From Camelus dromedarius (taxonomy: Eukaryota): a stretch of DNA of 64,000 nt. The notes below the pieces were generated by a model, which was given only the letters and a program-made list of their open reading frames with translations, was not told the origin of the DNA and did no database searches. The translations under genes and the position numbers were made by a program. Below are positions 1 to 11,960 of the stretch, piece by piece; positions within the stretch are counted from its first letter, which is position 1; every line of letters starts with the position of its first letter. The stretch is taken from NCBI RefSeq assembly GCF_036321535.1, contig NC_087437.1, forward strand, positions 12,588,001-12,652,000. Direction: 5' to 3'.

Positions 1-516
1 TTTCATTTGCATTTTCTTGATCACTAATGATGTTACATTTCTTTTTAATTTCACAAAAGCTTGATCTGTTGTTAACTTAGAAAATATAAAACAAAACAAC
101 ACATACTTTGCTCTCATATTTGTGAAAATGTAAAGTTTAGAAGATAGAGCTCAAGATGTTAAAATTATTGTTAATTTGTGTTTGAGCCTATCTGTATTTT
201 TATCTTAATATTTAACCTCAGTATACATTTGTTAGTTGTGTGATAAAGAAAAGAAGAAAAGCTATTAAAAAAAGAAGAGGTTAATTCCTTGACTGATTGA
301 AGTAGAACTTCTGTTTTCCTTATCGTCTAGTACTTTCAGCCATGTCACACTGGATACTGACAATGCTTTAGACAGAAATGGTTGAGAACATAGATGCTAA
401 CACAGTTTTACACGTGTCTATTTCCCCAGGGAGAAACAAATCCATTCTTATACATGCAGGGATCTTGATATCTGAGGATAACATCCATATTTACCTCAGT
501 TTAGTAGACCACAACC

Positions 517-750
517 CAGGGGTCAGCAAACTTGAGCCCGTGAGTCAGTCTGGTCTGCTGCCTTTTTTTTTTTTTTTTTTAACCAGTAAAATTCTACTGG
601 AGCATCGCCACATCCATTCACTTACGTATCACCTGTGGCTGCTCCCCCGCTGCAACAGCAGGGTTGAGTCGTTGCAATGAAGGCCATACCGCCCACAAAG
701 CCTGAAACATTCACTCTCTGGCCCTTTACAGAAGGAGTTTGCCAACCCTG
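517..750. mobile_element. MER58A-like hAT-Charlie MITE
   Basis: Termini CAGGGGTCAGCAAAC ... GTTTGCCAACCCTG form inverted repeats. Internal 'cccacaaagcctgaaacattcactctctggccctttacagaa' is typical of MER58. Degenerate 8-bp TSD CCACAACC/CCATAATT. Confidence 0.85.
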
Positions 751-1073
751 CCATAATTCATTCACTCTCCTTACATTTTCTACTTTAATTCAAACATTGA
801 TTGTGAGAGTTTAGTTCCATGCCAAACATATGTGCAGTTTGTAACTGCACCTTCATTTCTATCCAGTTCATATAAGCGACTCAGTGGTTATGTGCTTTAC
901 AATCATGTCTTGGTAATTCAATAGGGACCACATATCATTTCAACTTCGGACTGAAAATTCATTAACAAATCCTCTTTCAGCAGCACCCCAAGTTCCTTTC
1001 ATGTCAGGTGCAGGAAAAATAAAAGGATTTTGTTCTGGGTAGAAATGCAGCTAACTGTGAAGCCATGTAACTT

Positions 1074-1134
1074 TATTATTATTTTTTATTGATGTACAGT
1101 CAATTACAATGTGTCAATTTCTGGTGTACAGCAC
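1074..1134 (-). mobile_element. Very short (~61 bp) 5'-truncated L1 3' end with TSD
   Basis: Minus strand reads 'gtgctgtacaccagaaattgacacattgtaattgactgtacatcaataaaaa'. Flanked by AAGCCATGTAACTT (1060-1073) and AAGCCACGTAACTT (1135-1148). Confidence 0.85.
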
Positions 1135-4100
1135 AAGCCACGTAACTTCTTTAAAGACATGCAGATGAGAACTTTAACATCCAACTGATGACTTTTTTAG
1201 ATACAAGTAGCGACTGTGCTTGACTTTCCTGTCTAGAACTTGGCTCTGAAAGCAGTTCTGGAAGAAGAGAGAGGAAATTGTTGGAAGCAGTGGCGCCAAC
1301 GTTGGGACAGGTAGCATCCCAGGATTTTGTCTAAAAGGTCACACGTTATATTAAACCACATACATTATAAATAGTGGAGTGCTTTGCCATTTACATCAGC
1401 TCATGACAAACTTACTACCCTTTACCTTTTGTAAACTTCCAAAGAGGAACTTAAAACAAATATACGTAAGTAAACTAGCATGGTGTCCTGGACCATTTTA
1501 AAGATGAACCCAAGTCAGAAGAACATGACTGTCTCCCTTCTGTATCTTGTAATGTGAAGACATACATTTCTACCACTTCCACATCTAAGGGAGTTTGTGA
1601 GAACACAATATCGGGGGTACAAAAAACTGTGAATGTGTTTTGACAAATCAAAATGCTTGAGAAACTGAAGATACAGTTGTGGTTAATTGTATTGGCCCAA
1701 GGCTGCAGAAGACCTTTTGTCTGGGACTCCCTGAATCAGATGGAAGCCAGGGCATGACTTTTCTCCTGAAATGCACATCACCCGAGACTTCCCATCTCAC
1801 AGTGCTGAGCCCATCTCCAGCGGAGAAATGTACTCTGGGCATATGCTTGTCCCAGTAGGACCTCCCCGACCTACTTAGCTTTCCAACTTTGCTCATCTGA
1901 AAAGATACTCCCATCTTTCTTAGCGTTTCCTCCTGGAATCTAATTATGCGAAACCGGGGGTGCACAAACACCACCTCATAGCCACACTCATCACGGAGCT
2001 TCCTGCCTCAAGGGCGGAACAACGTGCACGTTGCTGCTGCAGGGAGCTGACAGCTTCTTCTAAGTTAGTCTTGCTGCCTCTGACAGTTTCTAGAATGTCT
2101 GGAAAAGAAAAACAAGAAACAAGATCCACATGGGCTTTGCTTCTGCTGGACTGAAATTCATTAATAAGTGGAGAAGAGGTCCACGCGATAAGCATGAATA
2201 TGCCCTCTGTAGTCTAATGTCGTAGCATCTGTGAGAAAGCAGTTCACCCACAATCCCAGAGGTGAGACCTGGGGGCTGGCCATGCCCCCTGGCCAGGTGG
2301 CTGGCTGTGCGCAAGTCACTTACCCTCTCTGGGTGTTAGGTATCTGTCCAACACGGGCACTGAGGCAGCCATCAGTAAGATCCTTCCAGACATCGCACAA
2401 TCTGAGACAACAGACTGTAGTTTCCCTTTAATTAGAGTTGGTAAGACCTCCTCAGTGAAAATCATATTTGCTTCCAGGACCAACTACAGTGAAACCTAAT
2501 CCGTACTGTGCTCTGCTCCTAATAAAGTAGACAAAGAGTTGTTGAAGTGGTTTTGGAACATGATGATGTGCCCAGAGTGACTCTTCTCTGGGCTCTTTCT
2601 TCATTTGTCACCTTTTGGTGTGGGGAGCTCTGAACATTGCTGCCGTGGCGTGCTATGAGAGAGCAGCATCATTTTAGAGATGAAATACCTCGACACAAGG
2701 AGGTTAATGACCTTGTCCAAGAAAACAGATCGTGCAGAATACTTCACGTGGGCAAGAGGAGAAGCCGTCCGCGTGGCGCGGGAGATAAGAGAAGTTAAGT
2801 TGTAATTAGGCACGCCTCAGTCTCTAGGGATCTGGCGGGAACATGTAGAATTAGAAATCCAAGGTCTGTACTTTTTCTGTTGCTGGGCCATCCCTAGACG
2901 GCAGGTGGGAGGGGAGAAGCTAAGAGAATGGGCGTGAACAAGCCCTCCCTGCGCACAGGGTGGACTTGACATTCACACCCATCCCCGTACCCCAAGTCCC
3001 AAGCAAAGCCCACTCGTCACTGACTTCCCATCCTTAAATTTGAAGGGTTCTTCACTTAGCAGTAAGGTTTTCTTTATAATCCCATGGATATAGGAGTTCC
3101 CCAGAGAAAGGTGGCAGATTAAATCATTTTTGATAACTTTAGAGGAAATAAGTGTTGGCTTCTATTTTGCAAGCACATTTGGCAGAGGAAGGAAAGAAGA
3201 AAGAAGGTTTGTGGGCACTTTGAGGAAGGAGCAAAGATGGATACCACCAGGAATGTCTGTCCCAGAATCAGCCTCGACACAAAATTCCATTCTGGAAACT
3301 CAGCCCCGGGGAAGTGAGAGGTCTGAGGTCCTCTCGGAGCTCCCGCCCCCGGCATTTTCATTCCTGAGGTGCCCCTGTCCTGCCCCCATCACCCAGGCCT
3401 GTAGGGGACTCTGAGATGTGTTGGGTACTATGGGTTATGGCCCTAGATTCTTGGCTCAGCCATCTGCCCATAGAGCAGGAGACCCAAGCTGGTTGGTCTC
3501 CAAGTTCCCATCGAGAGCATGGCCCCAGTAAGCTGGATAAGGAACAAAAGAACGTGCGGTCAGAATCCAGTTTAAATGTTCTACATTTTTATGGTGGTGT
3601 CTAGAAAGTTCTCTCTGTCAATGGAGCACATATTTAAGACAAGGAAATGTTTCAACTGCTGACAACTTTGCTCAAAAACCCAGCGCTTATCACACAGTGG
3701 TATCACAATAAACATGTCCATGAGGGTACTGAGAATATCACTGGTTTCCAGTAGGTTCTGCAGACATAACAGAAGCGCGATCTCTTTACATGTGAGAAGT
3801 TGAGGGATGTCTGTATAAGGGGATGGTTCTCTGCCCTTGTGTCTACTTGATTTCTTGATTTCTGCTCTCTTGCAGGACAAATCAAGTCCTTATAAACAGG
3901 AAGACTTTTTTCTCAGATACAGGGTGGAGCAATCACTGTTTAAAGGAGCTGTGGGGTTAAGTTTTTTGTAAAGGGAATGATCCTTTTATAACGTGAGCAA
4001 TCACCTTCAGGTGCTTGGATCTTGGCAGGTTTCCCATGAAACAAGTAAGGGAGACACTGAAAGCTCCTATTTAAAGACTCGGGGAGATAAGATTTGTAGA

Positions 4101-5729
4101 ACTGAAATGACTTGTCCAGGGTCAATGGCTAATAGTGGTTGTGCTGTAAACAGAAGCTGGGTGCCCTGATTCTGAGGGGAGATCCTTTATCACTGCAGCA
4201 TCCTGCTCTTGGGAGAGCATTTTCACCAGCTGAGCTGAACAAACTACAAATTAGGAGCATCTAGAAGTCAGGGGCCATGTCTTGCCCCAAGGACTTCATG
4301 CAGTTCTCTCACAAATGTTTGGCAGGTGCTTTTTCAAAATGATGAGAAAAATGGCTTACCTGTGACTTCCGTAATTGAATATAGCATCAGCCCTCACTCA
4401 CACCTTCAGAATTAAAAGGAGGAAAGAATAACCATGAAAACTTCTGCAGTGACTTTTACAAACTCTTTCTCTTGCACAGGGCCTGTAAGTACCATTGCAT
4501 GATTTTTTAAGACGAGCCATTTTTAGCAATAGAAGCAGAGGGGAAGAACTCATTCCCATTCCCATATAAAGTACAATTTGAAAACTGCCTCTTAAACAGC
4601 TCTAGCATTATATCCTATGGGCAATGCCTAAGGCTGACGCGCATTTAATTTTCTGTGGGGTTTCTGCTGCCCTCAAAATACAGAAGAGGTTGCTCACTGC
4701 AGCTAGAGGGAATGTGTTTAAAAAATGAAGTCTTTTGCGATATCTAAGGAGCATCTCACAGTCAGTGCTAAATGGAATCCTGCCTTTACCCCCCACACAC
4801 TGCACGGCAGATGCAGACACTGCTTCCTGAGGAGTGTGAGCTGGGGTGCTCGCCTGACAGTGCTGATGGAGTCAGAGAGATGCGTAGCTAAAGCAGGGTG
4901 ACCTACTTCTGTTACCACGGCACCCAGCATAAACGCACATTTTAAACTAGCTCCTTGAAAAAGCAGACTGAACAAAAGGTAAAGTGCATTAGTGGTTTTA
5001 AGATTTCTGTAGTCAAGGTGTTGGCCAGAAAAAGAAGATCAAAGGATAATTTAATCAGAACCTTTTCCCACTAGGAATTAGGGTTAGATTTGAAATGTAC
5101 CAGCAGCCCTGCTGTTCCCACCATCTCCTCCATCTTGGTTGGAGTAAAGCCGAGGCTCCCAAGAAATGTAACAAACACCTTCAAAAGAAGGCTTTTCTGT
5201 CTGCGTTTCTCTCTCCGTTTTGAAAAGATGGGCTTTTATGGCTCTGGGAATACAATCAGAAAGTATACTTTAATTGTGGAAGGTTTTTTATTTTTCAGTT
5301 TATATCACAGCTTCATAAAGTGTTCTGACAAAGCTCTTCAGAATTTTACACACATACTTGTGGTGTTAAATGGATGAGAAAAGGCGGGGGGGACACTCAA
5401 AGGTCTTTCTGTGGTGAAAATAAAGATCTTGGGGTGCTGGGTCATCTTACTCATCTTGGAACAAAATGCCCAATATTCACTTGAAGGCAAAAACAAGGTA
5501 AACAAAATCAAAGGCTGGTTTCTTTTCGAGGTGAGAGGCAGAGAACAGAAGGGGCAGAGCACTGGTGTGGAAGGCTGGAGAGGGTGTGCAGACTGGAGGG
5601 CTAAGTGACACCAAATTGCCTCTGTCCCTTGTCCTCAGTAGCAAGCTCCCCGAGGTCAGAAATTTTACCTGCACCATCTTCACAGACCTTCAGTTAGTAC
5701 AGTTTCTGCTTTATGTCTTCATGGGTTCA

Positions 5730-6850
5730 ATCCATTATTCATGTATTTCCTATTTACCGTGCAGTCTTTCAACAAAAAATATTTACTGTGTGCGTTCGTA
5801 TTTGCCAGATGCTGTTTCAGGCGCCAAGAGTCCACAGGGAGGACAGTCCCTGACGTCATGGAGCTCTGTCTGGGGTGGGAGGAGGGTGACAGAAGTAAGT
5901 AATTAACGAGTTGACGTAATGTGCCGGGTGGCCCTGGCTGGTTAGCACTGTGCCGTATAATACATATGGCTACTGAGCACTGGACATGTAAAGTTTTCTT
6001 ACATGAAGCAGAGTGTTATGGGGCTGGTGTGGGCTCTTGGATAAAGGACGGTCAGGGGACGTCTGTCTGGCAAGAGGACATCTGGGCAGGGATGTAGAGG
6101 AAGTGAGGGAGTTAGCCAGGTAGAGAGGGCAGGAGTGTTCCGGGCAGAGGAGCAGCAGGTTCAAAGCTGCGCTCTATGCTGAGTTGAGAGGTTAAGGAAA
6201 CAGACACACTTGTGGTCCACACTCTTAGAACTTTCAGTCTGCAGGTCAGGTAGGCGTTAAGCTAGGGAGCAAAATATACATATTTGTTTGGAAATCAAGC
6301 TATGATAGAAAATAAGTAGGAGAGGGACTTAGCATTGGCTGACGAGCAGAGACCCCAGTGAGGAGGTGTGAAGCCTGGGAAGGGGCTGACCTTGCATATG
6401 GGGGGAACAGCATGGGACAAGGTCTCCAGGCTGGAGTAAGTCTGTCTTCCAGGAACCCAGATGACCCTTGGGGCTAGGCATAGTGAGCAAGGTGGGGAGT
6501 GGTCCAACATGCCATGGGAAAGGAAGCCAGAGGCCAGACTGGCAGGCTCTTGTAGCCCACCCAAAGGAGTTCGATTTTATTCTCAGTGTCCTGTGGCCCC
6601 ACTGATACGTGATGAGCAGTGAGCAACACGCTCACATTTCCCATTTTAAAATGTTGACCATTCAGTCTGCTGTGTGGGAAGCGGGTAGGGGAGGGAGCTG
6701 GGAATGAGTGCAGAGACAAGAGATGATGACTTGGAATGAGATGGTGGCAGTGGAGATGAAGGAAAGTGAAAAATAAAATATGAAAATAAAGAGAAGTGTA
6801 TAGATTCTGATAAATAAATTGGATACAGAACCCACATGATGAAGCACAGA
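5730..6850. mobile_element. Degraded L2 LINE fragments
   Basis: L2-type phrases 'tcaacaaaaaatatttactgtgtgc...tgccagatgctgtt', 'gaaggctagg...gggagtggtcc', 'gatggtggcagtggagatga'. Boundaries approximate. Confidence 0.6.
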
Positions 6851-6869
6851 AAAGGCACGAGAGGAATGC

Positions 6870-6952
6870 TGGATGAACTCGATGGATGAATGGATGGATG
6901 GATAGGTGAGTGGGTAGGCGGCAGGATGGATGGGGGTGCAGAGGGATGGATG
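6870..6952. repeat. (GGAT)n-like low-complexity repeat
   Basis: ggatgaatggatggatggataggtgagtgggtagg... Confidence 0.7.
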
Positions 6953-9069
6953 GCCATTAGTTCTCTGGCCTTCAATACAATTCTGGCAGACCAGCCTCAG
7001 TCTTTAATAGGGTGATATCTAAGCTGGTTCCTAGAAGTGTTCCCCTTCCTCAGGTGGGTCCCTAGTTTCCTGTGATTCCTCACTCATGATTTCAGTGATG
7101 GAGCTCTGCTGCTGGAGGAATTACATCATTTACTAGTGATCTTACCAAAAAAGCCCTATTTGTGGTTAAGCAGGCAACTGGTGGTGTTCCTGTGTGTGCA
7201 ATGACCCGGGAGCAGGGTGTGGAGGCTTGCGTTGGGCCAGGCAGTGTGCCAGCTGCTTTTGTAGGCTACTTCAGTCAATCCCTAGGACTGCCCTGTGAGG
7301 GTGCCACCATCCAGCTCCTTGTACAGAAGATCTGGAACCCAAGCTTGGAGAAGGCCAGTCACTTGCTTGAGGTCGACAGTGGGTCAGTAGCGAGAATCAT
7401 CTCCTCCCAGATGCAGGTGTGCGTTTGAGAACATCCAATGTGCTAATTTGCCAACCCTCCGAATTCCAGGTCTCTGTGGTAATGGAGTGGCCACAGTTCT
7501 GCACCTCAGCAGTAAACACTGACTATTCGAGCATCATTCCTCAGTGAAACGAAGGCTCTGGAGATCCCCTGGGAGGCACCTGCCCACGTCAGCCCAGTGG
7601 TGGGCCCTTGTCTGTGACTTGATTCCCTCCCAGGGAGACCTGCTGGGAAGAGTTTGATTGAGAAGCACTGAAAACAGTCGTGAAAGGTCATTGTATATTT
7701 CAAGTAAACCAATTCCCTTCAGGATGGAGGTCAAGAAAGCTGGGCTTTGAAGTTGGTCAGCTGTGGGCCCAATTCCAGCTCCAAGCTGTCTGTGAACTGG
7801 AGTCTCCTTAAGTACGAAATGGGCCCGCGCCGACCTCAGGAGTGTGTTTGTGAGAGGGTTAGCTCGTACAGGAAGCATTTAGTCCAGAACCTTCCAAGCC
7901 CGGGGTAAGTGGCACAAAGGGCAATTATTATACCCTTATGCCTCAAGGCAAGGGGGGCCCTTTTTGAGGGTAACGAGATGTTCTTGGCATTCCTCTAGCA
8001 AACCAAAATGTGATGATTGCTCCTTGAGTGAGTGAAAATTAACTGTAGGTAATTAGCTCTGCCTCCGCAGAACTTGAGAGAAAAAACAAACAGTTCACTC
8101 TGTAAACCTCAAAAGAGAAGCCCTTTCTTCCAGATTGCCGGCTCCGTGTTTCCTGACCTCAGCTGCCCTATTCCAAGCCTGCAGCGCCAAGGCCCCTCCC
8201 ACCGCTGGGCGGGGGCCTGAAGGTGAGGTGCCCCCGCTGCTGAGCCAGAAGCCTCGGGAACGCGCATGCCAGACCCTGATGTTTGACTAATTGGTAATGT
8301 CTGGGGAGCTGGCACCAGGAGAAAGGGAAGTAACGGGGCTGGTGGATGTTAAGGAAGGGAGAGAGACAGACTTGAAGCCAACCGTGGAGGTCCTGGAGAG
8401 CCTGGCCAACATGGAGCTCAGGGAAGCTTGTCAGACTGCTTTGAAATGGGCCATTAACATCCCGGGGAGGCGCGCCCAGGTTCCAGGGTCAGCCTGGTGG
8501 GGCTGGACTGCAGGGCAGGCGGGAAGGAGGGGGGTCCTAGGTGTGCCCCTGAAAGCCAGCCCCCTCCCACCCCCACCGCAGGCCTTGGCCAGAGGCCTAA
8601 ACCGGGGTTTAGGGTGGGAGGGGGTGGTCAGGAGGAATTCCTGCATCAGCCACATGCTGTGTTGGGAACCAGCCCCCTGGGTGTTGAGCTGAGGCAACTC
8701 ACACCCAGGTGCTCCCCTCCTTTCAAGTCTGGAGAGGTGAGGGAGGGGACGGCTCACTTTCTGCCCTGTGATTCTGCCTTGGCCGCCTCAGGCCATCAGA
8801 CCCTTTCCTCCTCCTGTGAGCTCCCCCCACCTCGGGGGCCTTCATATCCCCACCCCCCAGGGAGGCAGGGGTCCTGTCACGTAGAATAGCCTAGCGTGTC
8901 CCCTTCCAAAACCTTCCAAAAGGGAGCCTGCAAATCTTAAAAAGCAAACTTTCTTCCAAATTGGAAACATAAAGACCCACCCCATTAAGAACCCTTCTTC
9001 AAATCTGATGTGATCTGTCCACGTTCGTCATTCAGGCCACGCTCTCATATTTTCTCTTGGTCATGGAGG

Positions 9070-9585
9070 TGTCGACTGAAATAAAATGCACAACCTAAAA
9101 GTTGAGAGTTATGTTTTATTCGGCAGACATTTCTGAGGACTTAAGCCTGGGATGGCAGCTTCTCAGATCTCTCTGAGGGACTGCTCTGAAGTGGCAAGAT
9201 GGAAGCCAGGATAAGGGAGTTTTCACAACAAAGACCAGGTAGTCGGAACATCCAAAGATGACTGTTAATTAAAGGAAATCAGACATCTCAAGTTAAGGAA
9301 TTTAGCACTTTTCTGTGTATGGGAAGGAGCTAACATCTGGGCTCACTGAAATCATTCCTTTGATGTGCACCTAGCTGTCTAGGGCCAGTGTCCTCTTCTT
9401 TCCCATCCTGCGTTCCCTGGGGGGCACCACTGGGGGCGCTGCAGAGGCCGGGCTGCCTGCTTGGCTGGATCCTGAGTTCCCCCCCTTCGCTGTCGGGGTT
9501 GGTGGTAGCGGCTGATGACTTGGTGGTCACAGCATCCTTTGTTTACTGATACGGCTGGCAATATTTCTCACATTTCTCATTCACA
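9070..9585 (-). mobile_element. ERV1-class solo LTR (MER41-like artiodactyl family), 516 bp
   Basis: TG...CA termini (TGTCGACTGAAA ... CATTCACA). Flanks GAGG/GTGG fit a 4-bp ERV1 TSD with one mismatch. TTTATT near 9116 is a minus-strand polyA signal. Family name is from recall. Confidence 0.75.
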
Positions 9586-9699
9586 GTGGTCTTTCTAAGA
9601 AAAAAAAAGCGAATCATAACTCTCCTGCTGAAAATTGTTCAACAGGACGATAAGCTGAGGAATAATTGGAATATTATTCACAGCTGGTTAGAGGGTGAA

Positions 9700-10400
9700 T
9701 GTTTGCAACAGAAATGAAGTTAGCGTCATTTGCTAAAGTGGCAGATGTGACACCTGTGGCCCAGCAACGGCTCTCTCTCTCTCTGTGTATATAAGTACCC
9801 AGTGTGTGTGTATATTTTTTTTTCTACTGCAAAAATGTGCCCAAGAATATTCTTAGCAACACTATTCAAAATAGCAAAATGCTGGAAGCGACTCAAATTT
9901 CAACAGCAGTCGAAGGCATAGATAAATTCAAACAGTGACATACTCTACAACAGTGAAACTGTCTAGTTGAGGACAAGGCTGGATCTCAGGTTTCATCCTA
10001 ACAGGCAGGATTAAGTCACTGAAAATATGAATGTTTTCATTTATATAAATTTCAAAACATACAAGACCGAACAACCTTTTCTTCATGGATGGAAATGTGG
10101 TAAAATTGAAAAGGAAACCATGGAAATGATAAACACAAAACTTAGAGCAGGGCTATTTCTGAAGGATGAGGAGATGGGAGGGAACGGGGGAGGGCACCCA
10201 GGAGACTCACAGAAGGACAGGTTGTCCTTGGACTTTAAAGTGCGTGATGGGAATTTCAGGGGTGGTGGAACTATTCTGTGTCTTGACCTTCATGGTGGTT
10301 ACATGACTACACATTTGTCAAAACTTATAGAACTACGTAGCCAAAAGAGTGAATTTTGTAGTGTGTAAAATGTAGCTCAGTTGAAAAAACACTTGTTAAA
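9700..10400 (+). mobile_element. Old L1M (L1MC/MD/ME-like) 3' fragments
   Basis: 'aagaatattcttagcaacactattcaaaatagcaaaatgctggaagc' and 'ggtggtggaactattctgtgtcttga...ggtggttacatgactacacatttgtcaaaactta' are ancient L1 3' motifs. Confidence 0.65.
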
Positions 10401-10515
10401 GAAAAGCATCTGGTAGACACCCAGGTGTGTTTATTATATTGTGATTTCTTCATACCTTACATGTAATTTATTTTCCTTTTTAGCTATTCAGTCTACTCAA
10501 AAAAGCAATTTTTAA

Positions 10516-10793
10516 TCGAAGTATAGTTGATGTACAATGTTGTGTTAGTTTCTGTTGTATAGCAGAGATTCAGTTATACATATATATTCTTTTTTCATGT
10601 TCTTTTCCATTATGGTTTATTACAGGATATTGAGTGAGTTCCCTGTGCTATGCAGTAATTCCTTGTTGATTATCCAGTTTATATATAGTAGTGTCTATCT
10701 GTTAGTTCCATACGCCTAATTTATCCCTCCCCCACCCCCTTTCCCCTTTGGTAACCATACATTTGTTTTCTACGTCTGTGAGTCTGTTTTGTT
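10516..10793 (-). mobile_element. 5'-truncated L1 3' UTR with TSD
   Basis: 'gaagtatagttgatgtacaatgttgtgttagtttc...ccctgtgctatgcagta...ccctttggtaaccat' matches the L1 3' ends at 21408 and ~38300-38590. TSD AAAAAGCAATTTTTAA (10500-10515) / AAAAAGTAATTTTTAA (10794-10809). Confidence 0.88.
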
Positions 10794-11189
10794 AAAAAGT
10801 AATTTTTAAACCTCCTCAGTGCTTTGTCATTTTCCTCGGGTCAGGGTCCGGCTGTTCACGTGGACAGTGGTGCCATCACGTCCTGACTGCCCTGCCTCTC
10901 CTGGCTCTCAGCCCTGGTCCCTGGGCTAACCGTCCACCATGCTGCCTCTCCTATTCCTGTCACGGTGCTGGCCTTGCTGAATTGTAGTCATCTGTGGGCT
11001 GCCCTGTCTCCCCCTGGGCGGAAAGTTGCCCAAGTGTGGTCTGCCCCATCAAACCCCGCAGTTCCAGCTCGGTCTGGTACCTAATAGGAGTTGAGCAAAT
11101 GTGTGCAGTTTTGTTGTGACACGGGCATCCACTTGGATCCTGTAGGAGGAAAAGTAATGGGAAGAAATGGGCTGGGCGTGAAGTTCCCT

Positions 11190-11615
11190 CAGAAAATGTT
11201 CTGGAGGCCTGACGCCTGAAATGGGTCTCGCTGGGCTACAGTCAAGGTGCTGGCAGGGCCGCATTCCTTCTGGAAGCTCTCGGAGAGAATGCATTGCCTT
11301 GTCTCTTCCAGCTCCTCAGGGCTGCCTGCGTTCCTTGACTTGTGGTCCCTTTCCGACTTCAAAGCCAGCAGTGGCCAGTCGTGTCTCTCACATTATCCTC
11401 TGCTTCGAGCTCTTCTGCCCCATCTTCCTCATGTCAGGGACCCTGGTGATGACACTGGTCCACCTGGTAATCCAGGACGGTCTCTGTGCTTGAAGGTTAG
11501 TGGATGAGCAACCGTAATCCCCCGGGGGCACATAACCAAACATATTCACAGAGTCTGGGGCTTATCAGCATGTAGACATCTGTGGGAGGTGAGGTAGCAG
11601 TAGTCTTCCCACCAC
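11190..11615. mobile_element. MLT1 (ERVL-MaLR) LTR, MLT1D-like
   Basis: 'gttctggaggc...tcaaggtgctggcagggccgcattccttctggaagctct...gagaatgcattgccttgtctcttccagct' is a hallmark MLT1 sequence. Confidence 0.8.
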
Positions 11616-11709
11616 ATATGGTAAGGAATTAATGAAACTCTCCGCTGAAGTTTAAGAGAGTAACAGCAAATACATCCTCCTGGTTTTGAATTCTCACCGG
11701 ACCTCTGTC

Positions 11710-11960
11710 TCAGATTGTGCACTCCCAAAGCAGACCCTGACGTGAGGCTCTGCGTGCATATAGTTTTTTGCTCTTTTTAGATAATCCCTGGAAACATTGG
11801 TGGGAAGTGGAGGGAGACAAAGAGAAAAACAGCAGTAAAGAGTGTGTTATCAAGGTAGTCGTCCTGTGTGCCTGTGAAACCCGTGGGGACGTGAATCTCA
11901 GTACCAACCCCAACAGGGGTTAGTTTTTGTTTGAGGGCTGCCCTTGGGGAAACTGAATTC
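11710..11960. mobile_element. Old MaLR LTR fragment (MLT1K/L-like)
   Basis: 'cccaaagcagaccctgacgtgagg...tgcatatagttt...ggaaacattggtgggaagtggaggga...cagcagtaaagagtgtgttatcaag'. Confidence 0.55.
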
